A DNA stretch of 64,000 nt from Candidatus Methanomethylophilaceae archaeon (GCA_944320495.1 CALUHR010000005.1:128001-192000); one strand, 5' to 3'. Positions 8,652-17,426 are shown, counted from the stretch's first letter. The notes: generated by a model from the letters alone, not told the origin. Made by a program: numbers and translations.

Positions 8652-9920
8652 ATGTCCCGCCCCCGCTCGGACAGGCTCGGCGACAACCGCATCATGGTCG
8701 CCATCTCGATCCTCGGATTGGACGAGAACGGCAGGCTGAGGACCCAGTCCGAGGTCGCTTCCGACCTCGCGATGGGCAAGTCCACCGTGAATGCGTGCGT
8801 CCGCGACCTTATTTCGGGCGGATACATCGTCGAGGTGGGCAAGTCCCGCCGCGACAAGTACTACGGAAGGGGTCCCCGCTGGGCCCTCCTCGAATCCCAG
8901 ATCTCCGACGAGATCAGGGACAAGATGAGGAATCTCAGGTCGGTTCGGAAAACCAGACCCCCTGCCTCTCAGCGGAACCGTTCCGAGGTCCCCGAGGACG
9001 ACGATTCGGCTTCACAGGGCTTAACCGCCGAGAACGGCGGAAACCCCCCGCAGATCGCGTGGGAGGTCCACCGTCCCGGCGGCGGGTACGTCTTCGGAGT
9101 CGAGAGGGAGGGCATCATCGACAGGGTGCCCCTCAAGGTGACCGACCCCTCCTCGAAGAAGGAGAGGACCGTCATGCAGTCCCTCTTCTCCCAGCCCTCC
9201 TACGAGGTCGACGGGGGCGTCTGCTGGTCCGACAGGTTCATCCTCCCGGGCAACAGCAAGGGCAACAGGTTCGCCATCCGCTATCACAGGACGGCGTCCA
9301 AGAGGCTGTTCTACGTCATCCCCGACTTCGAGGTCCTCGTATCCACCGAGGAGGCCACCTCCAAGGAGGCCCTCGTACGCGCCTTCGTCGCCGCCTGCAC
9401 GCCGATGCTGATGTGGCTCGAGCGCTACGCGGGATGGGTCTTCCTCAAGGACGACAGGGGCGTCTACGTCCTCCTTTCGGACATCAAGGTCACCCAGATC
9501 CACCGCGCCATGCGCGGGGAGCTGAACACCCTGATTACCGACCTCACCGACGGTGCCTTCGTCGGCAACGGCGAGGTCTGGACGGACTGCTCCCCTGGTT
9601 CCCCCGAGTTCGAGACGAACAGCGTCGACTACGTCGAGGCCATCGTCGCCCTCCCGGAGACCCGCGCCAAGGCGGACTTCGCGTGCAGGGAGATCCCCGT
9701 CATCAAGCAGGACCTCGCGTCGCTCCACCGCGACGTCGAGGAGCTCACGGACATCTCCCGCCGTCTCTACGACGTCTCGCTCAACATCGTCCGCACGGAG
9801 TCCAACACCCTCCGCATCATCTCCAACAGCCAGACCACCTTCGATCGCTTCGCTCCCGACGGCGTCACCGTCACCGACGCCGACGGGGCGGAATCGCAAC
9901 CTCCGAGGGGATACCAGTGA
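8652..9920 (+). CDS. N-terminal HTH protein with C-terminal coiled coil; candidate replication initiator
   Basis: TQSEVASDLAMGKSTVNACVRDLISGGYI helix-turn-helix; follows an AT-rich intergenic gap; the Rep role is inferred only. Confidence 0.55.
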   Translation: MSRPRSDRLGDNRIMVAISILGLDENGRLRTQSEVASDLAMGKSTVNACVRDLISGGYIVEVGKSRRDKYYGRGPRWALLESQISDEIRDKMRNLRSVRKTRPPASQRNRSEVPEDDDSASQGLTAENGGNPPQIAWEVHRPGGGYVFGVEREGIIDRVPLKVTDPSSKKERTVMQSLFSQPSYEVDGGVCWSDRFILPGNSKGNRFAIRYHRTASKRLFYVIPDFEVLVSTEEATSKEALVRAFVAACTPMLMWLERYAGWVFLKDDRGVYVLLSDIKVTQIHRAMRGELNTLITDLTDGAFVGNGEVWTDCSPGSPEFETNSVDYVEAIVALPETRAKADFACREIPVIKQDLASLHRDVEELTDISRRLYDVSLNIVRTESNTLRIISNSQTTFDRFAPDGVTVTDADGAESQPPRGYQ

Positions 9921-9967
9921 GCCAATCCCTCGGCGGGTTCAGCCCCAAGACTTCTGGGGGTGTTTCT

Positions 9968-10285
9968 TTGGTTCTCATTCAGGATAAGATAAATGATATT
10001 CTGGAATCCGCGGAGGATCAGCTCCGCGACATGGAGCTCCCGCGCGACCTCAAGCGCGAGAACCCCATGGACAGGCTCAAGACCCTGTCCCGTCTGATAG
10101 ACTACAAGTCATCCTCGATGGCGTTCGAGTTCTCCTCCCTGGAGACCTGCGTCAAGCACAACAGGATCATGCTCGAGGCCCAGCTGGACTCCTACGCCCA
10201 GCTTGTCCGCGACGTCCTCCTGCTGTCCCTCGAGGCCGAGCACAATCTGATGCTCCTTGCCGGCCGCATGGAGGTGGAGGGATGA
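9968..10285 (+). CDS. Hypothetical helical protein
   Basis: TTG start inferred; stop overlaps the next ATG. Confidence 0.5.
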   Translation: MVLIQDKINDILESAEDQLRDMELPRDLKRENPMDRLKTLSRLIDYKSSSMAFEFSSLETCVKHNRIMLEAQLDSYAQLVRDVLLLSLEAEHNLMLLAGRMEVEG

Positions 10286-10494
10286 CCCTCTTCGTCATGG
10301 GCTTCGACGTCGACCTCAAGGGCGTCCTTGTCGAGGCCGACTCCGCCATCGAGGCCATGGAGAAGGCACCGAACGCCGTCATCTCCCGCATCTTCTCCGT
10401 GATAGATGCGGACGGCGTGGGGGCCGAGGTCAGCAAGATCGATACCTACTGCGAGGAGCTCGTCGGCGACGAGGACATCCTGGAGGTGGACTGA
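10282..10494 (+). CDS. Hypothetical protein
   Basis: SD plus ATGA overlap. Confidence 0.55.
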   Translation: MTLFVMGFDVDLKGVLVEADSAIEAMEKAPNAVISRIFSVIDADGVGAEVSKIDTYCEELVGDEDILEVD

Positions 10495-10886
10495 TGGCCG
10501 ACCCAGTCATCATCCCCGTCACCATCCCCATAGGGGTCGCCAGGGAGATCCTCGGACTCTTCCGCGCCGGCCGTTCCAACGTCCGCGTGGAACCCGAACT
10601 CTCGCCCCGCGGTACCCCGCTCAGATGGTACCGCGAGAACGACGGCTACCCCGACCTCTATCTCGATCTCACCGACGACACCTGCCTCCGCTACGGCCCC
10701 TACAACCCGGCCGTCGTCGGCGGCGACTCCCGCTTCGTCGTCGAGCTCGTCGTGGACGACTGGGCCGTCGGCACAGTCGAGGATGCGTCCATCGAGGACG
10801 CGGAGATCGAACGCCAGCTCGTCCTCGTTCTCTCCACCGGACACGAGTACCACATCTGCATCGACCCCGAGGAGGTGTCCGCATGA
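10494..10886 (+). CDS. Hypothetical protein
   Basis: GGAGGTG SD, TGATG overlap. Confidence 0.55.
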   Translation: MADPVIIPVTIPIGVAREILGLFRAGRSNVRVEPELSPRGTPLRWYRENDGYPDLYLDLTDDTCLRYGPYNPAVVGGDSRFVVELVVDDWAVGTVEDASIEDAEIERQLVLVLSTGHEYHICIDPEEVSA

Positions 10887-11080
10887 GCTGCCGTGACGTG
10901 CTCGCCACGCTCCGCACCGAGGGACCCCTCACCTCCCGCCAGATCAGCGAGAGGAGCAGATGCTCCATGTCCTCCACCCAGAAGAGCGTCAGGACGCTCA
11001 GCGACGAGGGCCGCATCCGCGTCCACTCGTCCACCACGGTCCGCGGGAACGTCATCATCACCTGGGAGGTGGTGGCTTGA
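10883..11080 (+). CDS. Winged-helix DNA-binding protein
   Basis: LRTEGPLTSRQISERSRCSMSSTQKSVRTLSDEGRI. Confidence 0.75.
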   Translation: MSCRDVLATLRTEGPLTSRQISERSRCSMSSTQKSVRTLSDEGRIRVHSSTTVRGNVIITWEVVA

Positions 11081-11388
11081 ACAACATCTTCGCCCGCATC
11101 GTCGACCACACGGTGATGGCCGCCCTCTCCGCGATCCGCGAGGAGCCCGGCATAACCCTCACCGCCCTGAGCGACCGTCGCATCCCGTCCGTCAGGCAGA
11201 ACGTGAGGATGCTCTCCGAGTACGGCTACATCTCCCAGGAGACCAAGGGCCATGCGAACCATCTCACCCTCTCCGACAGGGGGAACTTCCTGCTGGACAT
11301 GATGCAGACCGTCAACGCCTACGTCGAGGTGGACGCGGCCGCTGTATCCCGCAGGATGGCCGAGATAGGGGGTGCCGCCGTTGAGTGA
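11077..11388 (+). CDS. Winged-helix DNA-binding protein
   Basis: IREEPGITLTAL...VRMLSEYGYI...LTLSDRG. Confidence 0.7.
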   Translation: MNNIFARIVDHTVMAALSAIREEPGITLTALSDRRIPSVRQNVRMLSEYGYISQETKGHANHLTLSDRGNFLLDMMQTVNAYVEVDAAAVSRRMAEIGGAAVE

Positions 11389-11701
11389 CTACAACCCCTA
11401 CAGCAGGATCGTCTCCCGTACCGTCTACCGCGTGCTCAGGCTGATCCACGACGCCCCCGGAACCACGAAGACGCAGCTCAACTGGAGGAACGACGCCCAC
11501 GGACGCCGGACCATCGACACGCTCGTCAGGGACGGCTACATCGACGCGGTTCCCACGGATGACCGGAGGGGCAACCGTCTGACTCTGTCCCCCAAGGGGA
11601 CGGAGCTCCTGTCCCTCATGGAGAGCATCACCGTCCTCACGCTGGACGACTGCCGTCGCTTCGACGGGCTCGACATCGTCGGAGGTGGACAGCTTGACTG
11701 A
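11372..11701 (+). CDS. Winged-helix DNA-binding protein
   Basis: IHDAPGTTKTQL...IDTLVRDGYI...LTLSPKGTELL; paralogous to the preceding gene. Confidence 0.7.
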   Translation: MPPLSDYNPYSRIVSRTVYRVLRLIHDAPGTTKTQLNWRNDAHGRRTIDTLVRDGYIDAVPTDDRRGNRLTLSPKGTELLSLMESITVLTLDDCRRFDGLDIVGGGQLD

Positions 11702-12149
11702 TTCCGCATCCGTCGGCAGGACTGCCGTCCTCTACGTCCGTATGTCGCGGTACAGCACCGTCGACGAGGTTGAGCAGATCGGCAAGATGCTCGAGTGGTG
11801 CGCCGAACACGACGTCGCCGTCGCGAGGATCTTCCGCGACGACGAGGCGTCCGGTGCAGAGGGGCGTGTCGGACTCGACGAGCTCATCGGATACGCCATG
11901 AGGCGCAGGCCCGACATTCTGCTTGCATGGTCCGTTGACACGCTCTACGACGGTTGCTCCGAGAACGCGGGACTGAACTCGCTTTGCCGTGACTGCGGGA
12001 TGTCCATCGTCCTCGCATCGTCCGATCTCGAGTTCGACAATCCCGATGGCAGGATAATCGCGATGGTCGTCGCTCTGCTCTCGGATACCGCCTTCAGGCA
12101 TGATCTGCTCGCCAACATGCGTCAGTGCGGGGGTGTCTGCCATGAGTGA
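11685..12149 (+). CDS. Serine recombinase catalytic-domain protein, degenerate
   Basis: VLYVRMS, RVGLDELI, DILLAWS; the canonical (D/S)RLxR motif is replaced by DTLYD; no C-terminal DNA-binding domain. Confidence 0.75.
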   Translation: MDSLTDSASVGRTAVLYVRMSRYSTVDEVEQIGKMLEWCAEHDVAVARIFRDDEASGAEGRVGLDELIGYAMRRRPDILLAWSVDTLYDGCSENAGLNSLCRDCGMSIVLASSDLEFDNPDGRIIAMVVALLSDTAFRHDLLANMRQCGGVCHE

Positions 12150-12942
12150 CTCCCCGTACAACGGCATGACGGCGGTTCTCTACGCCCGCGTATCCACCGA
12201 CGACAAGGGACAGACCACCGAATCTCAGGTAAGGGAGATGAAGAAGTGGTGCGAGGCCAATGGCGTCGAGATCCTCGGAATCTATCAGGAGGAGCAGTCC
12301 GCCAAGGACCTGGACCGCCATGAGCTCGATTCGGTTCTCGGGCGCATCGCAAGGGGAGGTGTCAACATCCTCCTGGCGTGGTCGGAGTCTCGTCTGTCGC
12401 GTGACACCAAAGACATGGAGTACATCGTCGCGCAGACGAATCAGTACCACACCGTCATACGCTACGTTACCAACTCGGCCACCGCGCCGGAGGACGCCAA
12501 CGGCAAGCTGCTGAACAACATCGGCACATGGCAGGCGCAGGTTGAGCGTGAGAAGCTCTCCATCAACACCAAGAACGGGATGCTCACAGCGAAGCTCGAC
12601 GGCAAGCACTGCGGTCGCATGCTCGCGTTCTGCTTCTCCCACAGGGTTGCGGAGAACAGGCCGATGGTGCAGACTTCCCCCGATGCGAAGAAGCGCACCG
12701 TCATCATGTCGCTTGACAGCGTCATGGACCTTGCCCGTCAGGGCTATACGGTGAACTATGCGGCGAAGATGATCATAGGCATCGACCCTAAGACGCTCCG
12801 CAACGCACTGAAGAAGGAAGGTGTCCTCGAAGAGTATGAAAATCTCTCGGAAATGGCCCGTCTGAGACGGGAACAAGGGGTTGCGGGAACAAGGGTATCG
12901 GAACCCCCCGAAACAACGGGAACAAGGGGTGATGCCCTATGA
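12142..12942 (+). CDS. Serine recombinase (resolvase/invertase family)
   Basis: VLYARVSTDDKGQ...Q, DRHEL, ESRLSR, helix E (QVEREKLSINTKNGM...GKHCGR), C-terminal HTH-like region. Confidence 0.92.
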   Translation: MSDSPYNGMTAVLYARVSTDDKGQTTESQVREMKKWCEANGVEILGIYQEEQSAKDLDRHELDSVLGRIARGGVNILLAWSESRLSRDTKDMEYIVAQTNQYHTVIRYVTNSATAPEDANGKLLNNIGTWQAQVEREKLSINTKNGMLTAKLDGKHCGRMLAFCFSHRVAENRPMVQTSPDAKKRTVIMSLDSVMDLARQGYTVNYAAKMIIGIDPKTLRNALKKEGVLEEYENLSEMARLRREQGVAGTRVSEPPETTGTRGDAL

Positions 12943-12989
12943 CGGGAACAAGGGAACCCTTGTTCACGCTCGATGAACCCTTGTTCACG
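12868..12989. repeat. Array of four direct CGGGAACAAGGG copies and two inverted CCCTTGTTC copies
   Basis: Direct copies start at 12868, 12884, 12917, 12943; inverted copies at 12957 and 12978. Confidence 0.9.
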
Positions 12990-13406
12990 ACTGAAGGACC
13001 CAAGGAGGACGTTTCCGCGCCCACTTCGGTGCGTGCCTACGTCATGATGCCTCCGAGCGTCGTCGGTCGCTTCAAGGAGATCGTCGTCGCAGAGCGTCGC
13101 ACGACGTCCGTCGTGATGCAGAGATGCGTAGAGGACTTCCTCTCCAAGGCGAACAACGAACCCCGCCCGTACATACCGTACCCTCTCCACGACGAGAAGA
13201 ACGTGAAGATGTACTACACGCTCCCATCGTCGCTCAATGAGTCGTTGAGACGCAGATCGAAAGAGGAAGGACGCGATGTTGCGACTCTCCTTCTCCGCGC
13301 ACTGCTCGACTACTGCGAGGGGAGTCCGGACGATCCCGTCAAGCTGAGATTCGGCGGATCGCAGATTTCGGGCGACTCGAGTTCGAACGGAGGGATGGTC
13401 GGATGA
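12939..13406 (+). CDS. Tandem ribbon-helix-helix (CopG-like) regulator
   Basis: Two RHH-like units: VRAYVMMPPSVVGRFKEI...VMQRCVEDFL and VKMYYTLPSSLNESL...LLLRALLDY. Confidence 0.7.
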   Translation: MTGTREPLFTLDEPLFTTEGPKEDVSAPTSVRAYVMMPPSVVGRFKEIVVAERRTTSVVMQRCVEDFLSKANNEPRPYIPYPLHDEKNVKMYYTLPSSLNESLRRRSKEEGRDVATLLLRALLDYCEGSPDDPVKLRFGGSQISGDSSSNGGMVG

Positions 13407-13768
13407 CTGACCATCCTTGGGATGAACTCGGTCGTCCCGATGACAACGGGTGCGAGGGACAGCAGGAGGTCACACCTTCCGCAGACGAGTACGAAGTACC
13501 CATCGTCATCTCCTCGAAGACGGCGGACCTCCTCGAGACTGCGATCCGCACGTTCGGGCTCGACGCCGACTCGACGATCCGCGCGCTGCTCGAGTCTCTC
13601 GACTGCTGCGGATTCGAGACGCCGTCCCTCCTCCCTCCCCATATAGATTCTATTATAGGGGAGAGGGTCGGGGACGGGAACTTCCACAGCAGGGACGAGG
13701 CCATCCGCCACTACGTCCTGCTCGGGCTCTACCACGAGCAGTCCGCGACAGGGGGGTGCTTCCTCTGA
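13403..13768 (+). CDS. Ribbon-helix-helix regulator
   Basis: LPPHIDSIIGERVGDGNFHSRDEAIRHYV resembles the CopG/antitoxin RHH pattern. Confidence 0.65.
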   Translation: MTDHPWDELGRPDDNGCEGQQEVTPSADEYEVPIVISSKTADLLETAIRTFGLDADSTIRALLESLDCCGFETPSLLPPHIDSIIGERVGDGNFHSRDEAIRHYVLLGLYHEQSATGGCFL

Positions 13769-14367
13769 ACACCATCTACCGCAAGACCGCGGACAGCACC
13801 CTCAGGTGCGTGGAGGAGCGCGCCCGCACCGTCAACACCGACGACAGCTTCGTGATGGGCGTAACCGACCTCTTCGTCTACGGCGAGTACACCGGCGGAA
13901 GGGGACCCTACGGGAGCCTCGATGTCGGCGTCCGCCTCTCCTGCAAGTGGGAGGGCGAGACCGCCCGCTACCTCATGGAGCTCAAGCGCGACGAGCACCG
14001 CTACAAGGACGGCAAGGACCGCCAGAACTGGCCGGCCCTCGAGGTCCTCAAGTACCTCAGGAGCCGCCGCACCGTGACGATCCGTCTCTTCGGGGACGAG
14101 CCCACGCCGAGGGACGCCATACCCCTCGCGCTGGTGCCCGTCACGATCCAGAACGAGCAGCCCCCCACCGTGAGGCGCTGCGACTGCGGATGCAGGGCCA
14201 GGCTGAACAAGGTGTCCGAGAACGGGTTCACCACCTACTCCGTCGGATGCTGGGGCTGCAAGAGGTTCACGAAGCCGAGGGCGACCCTCGTTGAGGCCGT
14301 CAGGGATTGGAACGGGGGTGACTGCTATTACCTCCGATCTCGGACCCCGCATACCCACCGAGGATGA
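13756..14367 (+). CDS. Degenerate nucleotidyltransferase-like domain fused to a Lar-like zinc finger
   Basis: DLFVYGEY...GSLDVGV resembles the FGS...DxD motif; C-terminal CDCG...CWGC...AVRDWN; start uncertain. Confidence 0.45.
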   Translation: MLPLNTIYRKTADSTLRCVEERARTVNTDDSFVMGVTDLFVYGEYTGGRGPYGSLDVGVRLSCKWEGETARYLMELKRDEHRYKDGKDRQNWPALEVLKYLRSRRTVTIRLFGDEPTPRDAIPLALVPVTIQNEQPPTVRRCDCGCRARLNKVSENGFTTYSVGCWGCKRFTKPRATLVEAVRDWNGGDCYYLRSRTPHTHRG

Positions 14368-15940
14368 CCCGCTCCGCGTCGTAGAGCTGTTCTCCGGCAT
14401 AGGCAGTCAGGCCATGGCCCTGAAGAGGCTCGGCGTACCCTACACGGTCGTCGGCACCTCCGAGATAGACGGACCCGCCATGAGGAGCTACGAGGCCATC
14501 CACGGCCCCGTCAACCAGCTCGGCGACATCACCAAGCTGGAATCGCTCCCCGAGTGCGATCTCGTCACCTACTCGTTCCCGTGCCTGACGGGCGACATGC
14601 CCGTCCTGACGTCCAAGGGCTACATGCCCATCCGCTCCATCGAGCCGGGCGACTGCGTGTACTCCCTGGACGGGAAGTACCACCGCGTACTGGCCAGCGG
14701 ATGCACCGGCACGAAGCCCACGTACCGCCTGAAGGTCAAGGGACACAAGGAGGTCAGATGCACCGCCGACCACTCCTTCCGCGTCCGGTACGCGGACGGG
14801 GGCATCGGCTGGGTGTCCGCCACCATGCTGGACCGCCTCGGGGAGGCCAGGGTCGTCGCGTGCGACGGCGAGGCGGAGGACAGGCCGGTCCTCTCCCTCT
14901 GGGAGGTGGAGTCGGTGACACCCACCAACTACGCCGAGAACGTCTACGACATCACCGTCGAAGGCTCCCAGAGCTTCGTCGTCAACGGACTCGTCACCCA
15001 CAACTGCCAGGATCTCTCCGTGGCGGGGATGCAGAGGGGTATGGAGCTCGGCTCCGGCACCCGCTCGTCCCTTCTCTGGGAGGTCGGCAGGCTCATCGGC
15101 AAGGCGGTCGAGGACGGACACCCGCCCCAGTGCCTGCTGATGGAGAACGTGGACGCGATCCTCAACCAGCTGAACATCGACGCCTTCGAGGCGTGGATCC
15201 GCGTCCTCGAGAAGCTCGGGTACACGTCCACCTACCGGGTCCTCAACGCCGTCAACTACGGCGTCCCCCAGAACAGGAGGAGGTGCTTCATGGTGTCCTA
15301 CTACGGGAACCTGAAATATGTCTTCCCCGAGGGGCACCCGACCGACAGGCGTCTCCGTGACGTGCTGGAGGACGACGTCCCCGAGAGCTTCTACCTCTCG
15401 GACGATAAGATCGCCAAGTACGAGGCCCACAAGCGCCGCCACGACGCCAAGGGCCACGGACTCGGCTGGAAGCCCGTCACTCCCGACGGGATCGGCCACC
15501 CGACCACCACCAAGCCCGACCGTCAGTCCCAGAACTTCCTCATCACCCAGGGCTCCCTCGCGGAGTACCGCGCGGAGCACAAGGACGATTCCGAGTCCGC
15601 CGACGGGGCGAGCATCGTGATCGCCGGCAAGATCGACTGCGGCTACGACTACCGCGGACGCGTCTACGGCGACGAGGGGATCTCCCCCGCACTCAACGCC
15701 TGCGGAGGAGGGGACCTCATGCCCAAGATTGAGGTCGAGGGACACGGGGAGGTCGCACCATCCGACGGACCCCACGATGCATCCCTGGCATTCAAGGGCA
15801 ACATCACGTCCACGGGCGTCCAGTCCGGCCGCGTCTACGGGGACGACGGAATCGCTCCGACCATCCCGTCCCAGCCCTTCCAGGGCCCCACGCCCCCCGT
15901 GATGGAGGACGGCCACACCAGAGGTGACGTCGATGAGTGA
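14318..15940 (+). CDS. DNA (cytosine-5) methyltransferase, N-terminal part (motifs I-VIII and TRD repeats), with mini-intein
   Basis: ELFSGIG (I), FP-intein-CQDLS (IV), MENV (VI), GVPQNRRRCF (VIII); motifs IX-X absent. Confidence 0.92.
   Translation: MTAITSDLGPRIPTEDDPLRVVELFSGIGSQAMALKRLGVPYTVVGTSEIDGPAMRSYEAIHGPVNQLGDITKLESLPECDLVTYSFPCLTGDMPVLTSKGYMPIRSIEPGDCVYSLDGKYHRVLASGCTGTKPTYRLKVKGHKEVRCTADHSFRVRYADGGIGWVSATMLDRLGEARVVACDGEAEDRPVLSLWEVESVTPTNYAENVYDITVEGSQSFVVNGLVTHNCQDLSVAGMQRGMELGSGTRSSLLWEVGRLIGKAVEDGHPPQCLLMENVDAILNQLNIDAFEAWIRVLEKLGYTSTYRVLNAVNYGVPQNRRRCFMVSYYGNLKYVFPEGHPTDRRLRDVLEDDVPESFYLSDDKIAKYEAHKRRHDAKGHGLGWKPVTPDGIGHPTTTKPDRQSQNFLITQGSLAEYRAEHKDDSESADGASIVIAGKIDCGYDYRGRVYGDEGISPALNACGGGDLMPKIEVEGHGEVAPSDGPHDASLAFKGNITSTGVQSGRVYGDDGIAPTIPSQPFQGPTPPVMEDGHTRGDVDE
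14582..15004 (+). other. Mini-intein (141 aa Hint domain, no homing endonuclease)
   Basis: Begins CLTGD, contains TADH block B, ends VYDITVEGSQSFVVNGLVTHN followed by the catalytic Cys. Confidence 0.95.
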
Positions 15941-16159
15941 CGACACAGTGGTCTACCCCTGCAACACGAGGAAGGGCTACATGGTGGCCAGCGAGGGCGA
16001 CGGACTCGTCACGATGCGTCCCGAGAAGGCCCGTGGCACCGTACAGCCCCAGAAGGCGCCCACCCTCACCACGGGTGCCGCCTGCGGATGCGGTGTCGTC
16101 GTCCGCGACGGACCCGAATCCCCGGAGTGCGAGGGACACGGGGAGGTCGCACCCTCCGA
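15737..16159 (+). repeat. 29-bp direct repeat (1 mismatch), copies at 15737-15765 and 16131-16159
   Basis: GAGGGACACGGGGAGGTCGCACC(A/C)TCCGA; encodes EGHGEVAPS in both MTase ORFs. Confidence 0.9.
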
Positions 16160-16418
16160 GAACCCCCACGGCAAGCTGAGGATCCGCTACCTCACTCCCC
16201 GCGAATGCTGGAGGCTGATGGGACAGCCCGACTGGGCGTACGACAGGGCCGTCGAGGCGGGGACCGCCAAGACCCAGCTCTACCGTCAGGCGGGCAACTC
16301 GATCGTCGTGGACATCCTGATGGCCATCTTCAAGGGCATGTACGTGGACCGCACCTGGGAGAAGCGCAAGTTCAAGCCAGTCTCCCTGGACGATTTCACG
16401 AAGGGGGGATCGGAGTGA
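15924..16418 (+). CDS. DNA (cytosine-5) methyltransferase, C-terminal part (motifs IX-X)
   Basis: RYLTPRECWRLMG (IX), LYRQAGNSIVV (X). Confidence 0.92.
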   Translation: MTSMSDDTVVYPCNTRKGYMVASEGDGLVTMRPEKARGTVQPQKAPTLTTGAACGCGVVVRDGPESPECEGHGEVAPSENPHGKLRIRYLTPRECWRLMGQPDWAYDRAVEAGTAKTQLYRQAGNSIVVDILMAIFKGMYVDRTWEKRKFKPVSLDDFTKGGSE

Positions 16419-16528
16419 TCGGCCCCTACAGCTGTCCCAAGTGCGGGACCACGTTCTACAGCCAGGACGAGGCCATCGAGCACTTCGCCGTCTGCGGCGG
16501 CTACGTCACCGAGGAGGGGTCGGAATGA
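16415..16528 (+). CDS. Small C2H2/C2HC-like zinc-finger protein
   Basis: YSCPKCGTTFYSQDEAIEHFAVC. Confidence 0.6.
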   Translation: MIGPYSCPKCGTTFYSQDEAIEHFAVCGGYVTEEGSE

Positions 16529-17067
16529 GCGACACCCGTATCCGCATCCCCCTCCCCGAGGGATTCACCGTCCGCGACCTCTGCTGGCTCCTAGAGAGGG
16601 CGGAGGCGCTCAGGGACTGGGACTGGAGGGACGACGGCTACCCGGACGACATCTGGGACGACAAAGCCCTCACCCTCTACGCCGACGACAAGTTCGGACG
16701 CGAGGACGTCAGGAGGTTCAGGGACCAGCTCCGCTACCACAAGTGGGATGTCGAGCCCGACTACGAGCCGACGCTCGCTTGGATCGACGGCACCGCCATC
16801 CCCTTCCCAGAGGGCTTCACGGTCCGCGACCTCGCATGGCTGGAGGAGGAGGTTGCGAGGATACTGCGCGACTGCAACATCATCCCGCACCCCGAGACCA
16901 GCACCGACGCGGACATCGTCTGGTACCCCGACTGCCTCCGCATCTACATCGAGATCGACGAGGGACACGCCAGGGAGCTCAGGCAGGCGCTCCGCGACCG
17001 CGAGTGGGACGTGAAACCCGACTTCGAGCCAGTGTTCGCATGGGCCGACGGGGGTGAGTCCCCATGA
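16525..17067 (+). CDS. Hypothetical protein with internal tandem duplication
   Basis: IP(L/F)PEGFTVRDL...WDV(E/K)PD(Y/F)EP...AW occurs twice. Confidence 0.65.
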   Translation: MSDTRIRIPLPEGFTVRDLCWLLERAEALRDWDWRDDGYPDDIWDDKALTLYADDKFGREDVRRFRDQLRYHKWDVEPDYEPTLAWIDGTAIPFPEGFTVRDLAWLEEEVARILRDCNIIPHPETSTDADIVWYPDCLRIYIEIDEGHARELRQALRDREWDVKPDFEPVFAWADGGESP

Positions 17068-17426
17068 CCGTCAAGATGTACGTCGAGATGAGGGAGAACT
17101 ACCCATGCACCGACGTAGAGGTGGAGATGACCCTCTCCGACGGCGACAGATCCGCCTGGTACGACTTCATGAAGTGCCGCGGACCCGTGTCCCTCTTCTG
17201 GGACGCCAAGGCCCACAGACTCATCATCCAGACGCCCAAGGTCTACGAGACGAAGGAGTTCCTTGAGTGCCGCAACTGCCACGCGTGGCTCCTCGGTTCC
17301 GAGATCTCCGAGGACAGGGATGGGTACGACGGCGACTGCTTCAAGAGGTGCCCGTGGTGCATGGGCCCGTCCGCCTTCGATCTCATGATGCCTGTCAGGT
17401 TCGAACCGGGGGGGGGTCGTCCTTGA
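17064..17426 (+). CDS. Hypothetical zinc-binding protein
   Basis: CRNC...CPWC; ends inside a G9 tract. Confidence 0.6.
   Translation: MTVKMYVEMRENYPCTDVEVEMTLSDGDRSAWYDFMKCRGPVSLFWDAKAHRLIIQTPKVYETKEFLECRNCHAWLLGSEISEDRDGYDGDCFKRCPWCMGPSAFDLMMPVRFEPGGGRP

Noticed and set aside
12868-12989. Possible CRISPR mini-array
   Set aside because: Units are only 12 bp, spacing is irregular (4-21 nt), orientation is mixed and no cas genes are present.
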